Assembly (NCBI GenBank): GCA_019058365.1
Contig: JAHPZE010000044.1
Location: 1 to 28,013 of the forward strand
Origin: Promethearchaeota archaeon
GTDB taxonomy: Archaea > Asgardarchaeota > Lokiarchaeia > Sigyniarchaeales > SOKP01
Length of the DNA stretch: 28,013 nucleotides
Reading direction: 5' to 3'
Positions within the stretch are counted from its first letter, which is position 1; the number at the start of each line of letters is the position of its first letter. The position numbers and the translations under genes were made by a program. Positions 8,545 to 15,491 of this stretch are shown here, piece after piece. A model generated the notes under the pieces. That model worked only from the letters and a program-made list of their open reading frames with translations. It was not told the DNA's origin and did no database searches.

Positions 8545-8898
8545 ATGACTGAAACAAAAGAAGAGCTAGTTAAAACAGAAACCGAAGAAAAAGAAGATAA
8601 ACCAGTAAAATTAAGAGCATTTCCCGAGATTTGTGCTTTCACCAATGAAGAGGGTAATGGATATGACATAGAAATTTATTTACCTGGAGTAGAAAAAGAT
8701 ACTATCGAACTAAAAATGAATAAAGATTATATCACTATATACGGTGAAACAGAGACTCTTAAGTATATTGGTTCTTATAATTTATGCTGTCCTGTTGATA
8801 CTAAAAATATTCATTCCACTTATAAAGAAGGTTTACTAAAAATCCATGTACCCTTCAAAGAACCTAAATTGCACACTATTGAAGTAAAAGTCGAATAA
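8545..8898 (+). CDS. hsp20: Small heat-shock protein (Hsp20/alpha-crystallin family)
   Basis: YDIEIYLPGVEKDTIELKM, STYKEGLLKIHVP (A-x-Y-x-x-G-L-L signature) and a C-terminal I-x-V motif (TIEVKVE); SD upstream. Confidence 0.88.
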   Translation: MTETKEELVKTETEEKEDKPVKLRAFPEICAFTNEEGNGYDIEIYLPGVEKDTIELKMNKDYITIYGETETLKYIGSYNLCCPVDTKNIHSTYKEGLLKIHVPFKEPKLHTIEVKVE

Positions 8899-8899
8899 A

Positions 8900-8920
8900 T
8901 CTTTTTTTTCCTTTTTTTTT
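8900..8920 (+). terminator. Oligo-T archaeal terminator candidate after hsp20
   Basis: Two long T runs (tcttttttttccttttttttt) immediately after the TAA. Confidence 0.55.
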
Positions 8921-8978
8921 GAAAGAAGTATGCATTCTATAAATTTAAAAATGAAATATTAATTAAGGTGTATAACCT

Positions 8979-9128
8979 ATAAAAGAATTTCAAGATTGTA
9001 TTGAACAAATTAAGGATGATAAGGTTATTCCTCACAGTACACAAAATCTGCTAAAAGACATTGAATACGATGAGGAAATTTTTATTCAAGATATATGTAA
9101 AAGTCTAAGAAAAAAAACAATTTCATAA
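8979..9128 (+). CDS. Possible 49-aa small protein with ATA start, or a gene relic
   Basis: AAGGTG (8965-8970), 8 nt, then ATA AAA GAA TTT... = IKEFQDCIEQIKDDKVIPHSTQNLLKDIEYDEEIFIQDICKSLRKKTIS*. An in-frame TAA at 8973 excludes an upstream canonical start. Confidence 0.3.
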   Translation: MKEFQDCIEQIKDDKVIPHSTQNLLKDIEYDEEIFIQDICKSLRKKTIS

Positions 9129-9209
9129 AATGGTTCACATTAATTCTTATTTATTATATATCAAATAACTTTAAAGGCACGGTTTATTCTCTTTCACTTA
9201 ATTATTAAT

Positions 9210-10200
9210 TTAATAGAAATTTGGTGGTAAAAACTCTGTCTGATCAACAATGACATCTATGAGATTGAATCCCTCTGATTGCATTGCCTGTTTGACACTA
9301 GCATCTAATTGACCTAATAGCTCTATATAAATTCCCATACCTCCGAAAACTTCTGCTAAGTAAACAAGATTGGTTTGTGGACAATCAATATCATAATATC
9401 TTTTTTTATATACCATTGCTTGGCCAAATTTTACAAATCCTAATTCAGAATTATTGATTACTACAATAGTATAATCTAAATCTAATCTTTTAATTGTTTC
9501 AAATTCGCTTATTCCTCCATTCATTAATCCTCCATCTCCCGTAAAAACAATCTTCTTAGATCTGTTAGATCTCTCACTAAATAAATCTGCTGCTAGACAT
9601 GTTCCTATAAGAGCTCCCACATCAAATCCTGTTGGTCCTACTCCTCTTGGAGTAATAATCTTTCTTCCTATACTCTTTACAGGAAAAAAAACACCAATCC
9701 ATCTTAAACTTGCGCTCGCATCGGTTATTAAATAATCATTTTTAGTAAAATTATTCGAAATACCTTTTAGGACCCTTTGCGGCTTAATTGGTTGACTATT
9801 CAACATAAAGAATTATCCAAAATTCTATAGTTTTTATGATTTAATCTTAATTCTTCTATGTTTTTTTCCTTATACTTAAAATTTCTTGTTCATTATCAAC
9901 ACTGGTAATTCCATATGAGGAGAGTTTATGAATAAATTCGGTAAGTACTACTTTTGGATCTCCAACAACTCCCAATGGATGGTAAGATAAGCCAATCTCA
10001 GCAGGGTCAATATCTATCTAAATCATTTCTGTTTTGTGTGTTGGGACTTTAAAATTAGCAGTATCATCCTCAGTTAATCGATTTCCAACTACAATAAATA
10101 AATCTGTTCTTCTTATGAATGTATGATTTGGTTCTTCTCCAAAAAGTCCGATTGTCCCAAAATATAAATGGGAAGGAGCGCTGCTAAATAGTTCATTTAA
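9210..10200 (-). pseudogene. Thiamine-diphosphate-dependent enzyme (acetolactate synthase/IlvB-like) pseudogene, 5'-truncated
   Basis: 9210-9806 holds the C-terminal ThDP motif TGDGGLMN...VINNSELG. Upstream, 10200-9860 reads ...FGTIGLFG...TDLFIVVGNRLTEDDT...EMI*IDIDPAEIG...VVGDPKVVL (middle domain), with a TAG at 10020-10018 and two frameshifts (about 9860 and about 9807). No N-terminal Pyr domain is visible. Confidence 0.85.
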
Positions 10201-10296
10201 TCAACAAATTTCTTTTTTCATAAAAATAAATTAATAGAATCTAACGAAGAGAGATTATTATATAAGAAAATAAAAAAAAAGATGATGTTTTTATAT

Positions 10297-11844
10297 TTAA
10301 TCGTTTATAAAATTAACTAGTTTTAATTTTTTTCGAATTAGCCCTATTGAGAACATGCAAAAAACGAAAGCAAAGCTAATCAAAATTGAAATATTGTATC
10401 CTGGAATTCCAGCTCCATTACCATCGCCATCTTCAACTTCAGTTGAGATTTCTAAAACATAATTACCTGAAGAATAATCTGGATTTGATACAATAATTAC
10501 ATAATCCCCTGTATATGCTGGATTAAATGAACTGATTTCTTCATTAGCCCCAGGACTGTCAGAATGAGAACTAGCATCTGCAGATGTCTCAGAAAATATT
10601 CCATGTCCAATAAATAAATCAAATGTTTTATCTACTGGAACTGTTAGAGAAATATTATAGCTTTTTGTTGATTCTAACGATATTAGATAACTATCAAAAA
10701 CTTCATTTGATGTAAAACCCCCATTTACAGTGTCACCAGGACTAATTTCCTGTAACCCAGTCCCATCTCCATTTTCTATTTCGATCCAATGATAAACATA
10801 ATTCACACTTGAAGTAGTGAATTGCACAAATAAGGCTTTATCTTGAATTAAATTTGTAGCATCAAATGTCAAGAAAGCTACTTCGTCCCACATAATTTCA
10901 GAATCCCTATATTGAGCAGAGGTACTTAAAAGTTCTATTGTATGACCAAGATCTTCATATAAAATAATGGTAGGACCCCACGATGGACCTCCTCGAACTC
11001 CTATAATACAATATTTATTAGCTCGAGCGATTGCTGCATAAGTTGTTAAACCCCCATTACTATCGTAAGTAGTAGAATATTTTGGATTGTCATCACCCAG
11101 TTCATTAATTTTAATATTATAGCTTCCTGTAGTGTAATCAGGATTAGTTACTACAATACAATAGTAGCCATCTGCAGGGACAGATCTAACTATGCTTTCA
11201 TCAGCTCCTAGAGAATTAGAACGGCTTTCTCCTAATGATGAATCCTCATCAGATATACCTTTACATAAATAGAGATCAAACGTTTTATCAGAAGGTACAT
11301 CCAATTCTATCGAATAAGTTTTATTGGAATGGAGATATACTTGATACGAATCAATAACTTCACCCAAACTAAAACTGCCACCTAATTGTTCTCCCACATT
11401 AATAGATTGTACTCCAGATGACTCTCCGTTTTCCAATTCAATCCAATAATAATTTCCAAGTGTAGGAGATTCTTGTCCAGCTCGAGCATAATATGTTGTA
11501 ACCTCAGATAAATCCGTCCCATCAATAGTAAAAAATCCTACTTCTCTCCAATCAATTTCAGTAAAATAATGTATATAGGTTTCCCCTAGTTGAATGGTAT
11601 ATCCTAAGTCCCCAAATAAATATCCATCTAAACTAGCGTCTCCACTACGAAAACTAACAACAGCATATTTACCTGGAGTAACATTAAAAGAATAATAATT
11701 TGGATCGTAATCGACAATCTGATGATATAAAGATGAATCATCATCTAAAGACGTCTGTGCCGTACTATATATGCTATTAGATGAAAGAGTAAACAATCCT
11801 ATTAATGCAATAAATAAGATAAATTTATATTGCTGTTTTTTCAT
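10297..11844 (-). CDS. Secreted, C-terminally anchored surface protein: two tandem ~218-aa repeats with PPC-like beta-sandwich domains and a Loki-CTERM-like tail
   Basis: Signal peptide MKKQQYKFILFIALIGLFTL. Repeats aa ~32-248 and ~249-468 (WIELENG/WIEIENG, EVIDSY/EVFDSY, VPSDKTFDLY/VPVDKTFDLF, GADESI/GANEEI, NPDYTTGSY/NPDYSSGNY). Tail GDGNGAGIPGYNISILISFAFVFCMFSIGLIRKK. Confidence 0.8.
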   Translation of the reverse strand: MKKQQYKFILFIALIGLFTLSSNSIYSTAQTSLDDDSSLYHQIVDYDPNYYSFNVTPGKYAVVSFRSGDASLDGYLFGDLGYTIQLGETYIHYFTEIDWREVGFFTIDGTDLSEVTTYYARAGQESPTLGNYYWIELENGESSGVQSINVGEQLGGSFSLGEVIDSYQVYLHSNKTYSIELDVPSDKTFDLYLCKGISDEDSSLGESRSNSLGADESIVRSVPADGYYCIVVTNPDYTTGSYNIKINELGDDNPKYSTTYDSNGGLTTYAAIARANKYCIIGVRGGPSWGPTIILYEDLGHTIELLSTSAQYRDSEIMWDEVAFLTFDATNLIQDKALFVQFTTSSVNYVYHWIEIENGDGTGLQEISPGDTVNGGFTSNEVFDSYLISLESTKSYNISLTVPVDKTFDLFIGHGIFSETSADASSHSDSPGANEEISSFNPAYTGDYVIIVSNPDYSSGNYVLEISTEVEDGDGNGAGIPGYNISILISFAFVFCMFSIGLIRKKLKLVNFIND

Positions 11845-11993
11845 AAATTTCGCCTTTTTTAAAAATTTAATAATAAAAAAATTTTTTTAATTATAATATG
11901 CAAAAATGTAATTTAAAAATATATTTAAATATAACGATTAGAGTTATATATCTAAGAGCAATTATAATTATTTATGGGAAATTAGGAATAAAT

Positions 11994-12200
11994 CTATTCC
12001 TTATATAAAAAGTTCTTATCTTCTCCATCTGCTTTTTCATTATACTTTTTAAAATCACTTTCTAATTAATTACAGTGTTCTGGAGGTTTACCAAACATTT
12101 CCTTTAAATAATATATTGTGGTTTCATTGAAATCTTTGAATGAATCCTTTATTTATTTAATAATCTCTTGAGAATTATTAGATATAGGTTTTTGAATCAT
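11994..12200 (-). pseudogene. Possible small gene relic with two in-frame TAA stops
   Basis: From ATG 12200: MIQKPISNNSQEIIK*IKDSFKDFNETTIYYLKEMFGKPPEHCN*LESDFKKYNEKADGEDKNFLYKE*, in one frame with TAA at 12155 and 12068. Confidence 0.35.
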
Positions 12201-12427
12201 AATAATTCATTTCTAAAAATATTTAAAAAATCAGAATTATTGTTAACCCGATCTATGATAAGATGAATTAAATTTTTGAGAATTGTGATTTGAAACTAAG
12301 GATAGGAGAAAAGCTAATATTGAATTTTCAAATAGGATATGATTAAATTTAATTCATCACTATTAGAACATAATTAAATAAAGACAATTAACCTATTATT
12401 TTTCATAAGATAAATATGTGAGAATTC

Positions 12428-13669
12428 ATGGTTGCAATAAAATTAACTGATGATATATATTGGATAGGAGCTAATGTTCATACAGAAGATTTATTTGAGG
12501 GTATATGGCCGATCCCTAATGGAGTTGCTTTAAACTCTTATGTTGTGAAAGGGGATAAGATAGCAATAATTGAGTTAGTTAGAGAATGGGGGGGTGCTGC
12601 TCTAACCCTACTTAAAAATCTTGATTCAATTTCAATTAAATTATCAGATATAGACTATATAATTTTAAACCATCTCGAACCTGATCATACAGGATTTACA
12701 TATCTAGTAAATTCCTTATCTCCAGATGCAGAAATTGTATCAACCCAGAAAGGAATAGATTTAGTTAAAGCATTTTACCATATTGAAAGCAATTTAAAGG
12801 CCGTTAAAACTAGCGATGTTATAGATTTAGGAAATAATAAGAAATTAGAATTTGTTGAAATCCCTAATGTTCATTGGCCAGAGACAATGGTTACTTATGA
12901 AAAAAGTTCGGGAATTTTATTTTCAGGTGATGCTTTTGGAGCTTTTGGGGTTCATCAGGGATGCATTTTCGAAGATGAAATCTCAGATGAAAGTAAACCA
13001 TATTGGGAAGAAGAAATGCTACGTTATTATGCAAATATTATATCTACGTTTTCCGGTAATGTGTTGAGTGCAATTGAAAAGTTATCAGAGTTAAAAATTA
13101 ATATGGTTGCACCTTCACATGGTTTAGTTTGGCGAAGCTCCCCGGGTGTGATAGTAAAGAAGTATAAACGATTTGCCAATTACAATAAAGATTATGCAGA
13201 ACCAGCAATTTGTGTGGTGTGGGGGAGTATGTATGGTAACACAGAAGTAATGCTGAACTCCGTTTTAAGAGGTATTGGAAAAGTAGGAGTACCCGTGAAG
13301 GTACATCGACTACCTAATGAGGATCCATCATTTGCCCTCTCAAATGCTTACAAATCTGCAGGTCTAATAATTGGAGCACCTACTTATGAATATAGTATGT
13401 TTCCACCAATGAAATATTTTATGGAATTATTACAAAAAAAGCGTATTTTATATAAAAAAGTGTTATATTTTGGATCTTACGGATGGAGTGGGGGAGCACA
13501 GAAGGATTTTGAAAAATTAGCTGAAAATATGCATTGGGATATTTTTGAACCACTTACTTTTAATGGTTATCCCACATTAGAACAACTTGAAAAAGGTGAA
13601 AAAATGGCAATGGAATTAGCTAAACAAGTTAAAGAAATACCCTCTAAAATTAATAATGAAAATTATTAG
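12428..13669 (+). CDS. fprA: Class A flavodiiron protein (A-type flavoprotein; O2/NO reductase)
   Basis: Metallo-beta-lactamase di-iron motifs NHLEPDH, PNVHWPE, FSGDAFG, APSHG, followed by a flavodoxin domain SMYGNT, GAPTY, FGSYGWSGG. Confidence 0.93.
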   Translation: MVAIKLTDDIYWIGANVHTEDLFEGIWPIPNGVALNSYVVKGDKIAIIELVREWGGAALTLLKNLDSISIKLSDIDYIILNHLEPDHTGFTYLVNSLSPDAEIVSTQKGIDLVKAFYHIESNLKAVKTSDVIDLGNNKKLEFVEIPNVHWPETMVTYEKSSGILFSGDAFGAFGVHQGCIFEDEISDESKPYWEEEMLRYYANIISTFSGNVLSAIEKLSELKINMVAPSHGLVWRSSPGVIVKKYKRFANYNKDYAEPAICVVWGSMYGNTEVMLNSVLRGIGKVGVPVKVHRLPNEDPSFALSNAYKSAGLIIGAPTYEYSMFPPMKYFMELLQKKRILYKKVLYFGSYGWSGGAQKDFEKLAENMHWDIFEPLTFNGYPTLEQLEKGEKMAMELAKQVKEIPSKINNENY

Positions 13670-13815
13670 TCATGATAAGTTAGAGAATCTTCAGGTAAGA
13701 ATTCTAATATTTAAAATTTAATATCTTTTTTACCTCTTTAATTAGATTTCTATTTTTTTTAGACCTAACAATTATATACTTTATTTAAAATTAATTAATA
13801 GGTGATGTTTTTATA

Positions 13816-14781
13816 TTGAAAAAAGAAAGTTTACATCCTAAAATTTCCATAATAGGTTGCGGAAATGTTGGAACCCGATACGCTTATGCTCTGATTATAA
13901 AAGGAATTGCTAGAGAAATTGTAATGGTGGATATAAATCGCAAGAGGTTAGAGGGAGAAGTTATGGATCTCTCTCATACTGCACCGTATACTAACCCCGT
14001 TGATATACTTCCTGGAAAATTTGAAGATATTGTAGATTCTGATATTGTAGTGATTACTGCAGGGAAAAACCAAGAACCTGGTGAAACAAGACTAGAATTA
14101 GTAAATAAAAATGTAGCATTATTCAAACAGATTATCCCCAAAATACACAATTATGCTCCACATGCTATTTACTTAATCGTTTCAAATCCAGTGGATGTAT
14201 TATCCTACGTTACCTATAAAATATCTGGAAAACCTAAAAACGAAGTTATGGGGGCAGGTACAACATTGGATACTGCTAGGTTTAGATATTTATTAGCAAA
14301 ATATTGTAATATAAGTGCCAGAAATGTACATGCTTACATTTTAGGAGAACATGGTGACAGTGAATTTGCTTTGTGGAGTAGTGCTATGATTGGTGGAATT
14401 CATATTAAAAATTATAGCAAAATGAGTAAATATGTTAATTTTAATGATTCTGATAAAAATTTTCAAATGATTTTCGAAGAAGTAAGAGATTCAGCATATA
14501 AAATTATAGATAGAAAAGGAGAAACTTCATTTGGTATTGGTTTAGCATTAGCACGAATTTCTCAAGCTATTGTAAATGATGAGAATACTATTTTTCCAAT
14601 CTCAACTCTAGTTGAAGATTTTTATGGTGTGAATGATGTCTATACAAGTTTACCAAGTATTATTAATAAGAATGGTGTACAAGAAACTCTTAAGATCGAT
14701 TTAAATGATGATGAAATTAAAAGTTTCAAGAATTCTGCTAATAAGCTTAAGGATGTAATTAAAAAAATAAGTTTAACTTAA
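13816..14781 (+). CDS. ldh: L-lactate dehydrogenase (NAD-dependent, LDH/MDH superfamily)
   Basis: IIGCGNVG, acidic VDIN, substrate loop TAGKNQEPGETRLEL (Gln at the LDH/MDH discriminating position), VSNPVD, GTTLDTARFR, LGEHGDS, KGETSFGIG. TTG start 10 nt after AGGTGA (13800-13805). Confidence 0.9.
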   Translation: MKKESLHPKISIIGCGNVGTRYAYALIIKGIAREIVMVDINRKRLEGEVMDLSHTAPYTNPVDILPGKFEDIVDSDIVVITAGKNQEPGETRLELVNKNVALFKQIIPKIHNYAPHAIYLIVSNPVDVLSYVTYKISGKPKNEVMGAGTTLDTARFRYLLAKYCNISARNVHAYILGEHGDSEFALWSSAMIGGIHIKNYSKMSKYVNFNDSDKNFQMIFEEVRDSAYKIIDRKGETSFGIGLALARISQAIVNDENTIFPISTLVEDFYGVNDVYTSLPSIINKNGVQETLKIDLNDDEIKSFKNSANKLKDVIKKISLT

Positions 14782-14804
14782 CAAATTTTCTAATAAAAAA
14801 CGAA

Positions 14805-15143
14805 TTATAAACTTAAAAAAAAATTAATCATAATGGATAGAAGTAATACTATTAAAGAACATGAGAACAAATTCGATGAATAGAGTGTTGAACTATTCCC
14901 GACATGAGTACTATTAATAGTAAAATCGAGAAAGGGACTATCATGATTAGAAGTTGCGTAAATTCGCTGATTTTCTAATCCCGAAAACACAGATTCTCTA
15001 GTTAGATTTATTGCAAAAACCAAAGTTAGCCCTTCTGGATAAGGCAATTCAAACTTAACTTTTGAAGAATGATGAATAGTATTCCAATATAAAGGGGAAA
15101 TATTCCTAAGATTTATACTGATGTTGCAGAGTGTAGCAATCAA
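14805..15143 (-). pseudogene. Probable 3' remnant of a decayed secreted/membrane-anchored protein gene (relic may extend to ~15450)
   Basis: 112-codon ORF rich in N/S/T with a hydrophobic C-terminus (CSLIVLLLSIMINFFLSL) and no convincing start. Upstream minus-strand frames hold broken protein-like pieces (KFKHTLPPTQHNYDFKLRFYFKP; YGYNIYSSVNITAANFKA*NLTIEI). Confidence 0.3.
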
Positions 15144-15491
15144 GTACTTGAGGGATTTCTGTAAATAAGGAGGGTTTAAAATAAAATCTTAATTTAAAAT
15201 CATAATTATGCTGAGTTGGAGGTAATGTATGCTTAAATTTTTCTTTGATAATTTATTGGAACATACCCTTAAGCTTATAATTCCAATTAATCACAATTAA
15301 AAAATACGGATCTTTTTGAATTAAGTGAATAAATTTGAAACATTTTTTTACTCGAATTTTTATTATTTCTATAGTTAAGTTCTATGCTTTAAAATTAGCA
15401 GCAGTAATGTTTACGCTCGAATAGATATTATAACCATACAATTTTAACAATATAATTCAGTTATGCAGTAATAGGGCTTAATTTATTAATA

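Noticed and set aside
9210-9806. 198-aa ORF as an intact gene
   Set aside because: It is only the C-terminal domain of a disrupted ThDP enzyme whose middle domain lies upstream.
10201-10221. ATG AAA AAA GAA ATT TGT TGA (MKKEIC*) in frame with the ThDP relic, as possible Cys-Sec readthrough
   Set aside because: The downstream frame has a TAG and frameshifts anyway, and ALS-like enzymes are not known selenoproteins; more likely chance at the truncation junction.
12852-13067. 71-aa + strand ORF
   Set aside because: Alternate-frame ORF nested in fprA; no support.
3661-15450. Stop-codon reassignment (TAA/TAG = Gln) to explain interrupted frames
   Set aside because: Intact conserved genes end at TAA/TAG at the expected family lengths and contain no internal stops.
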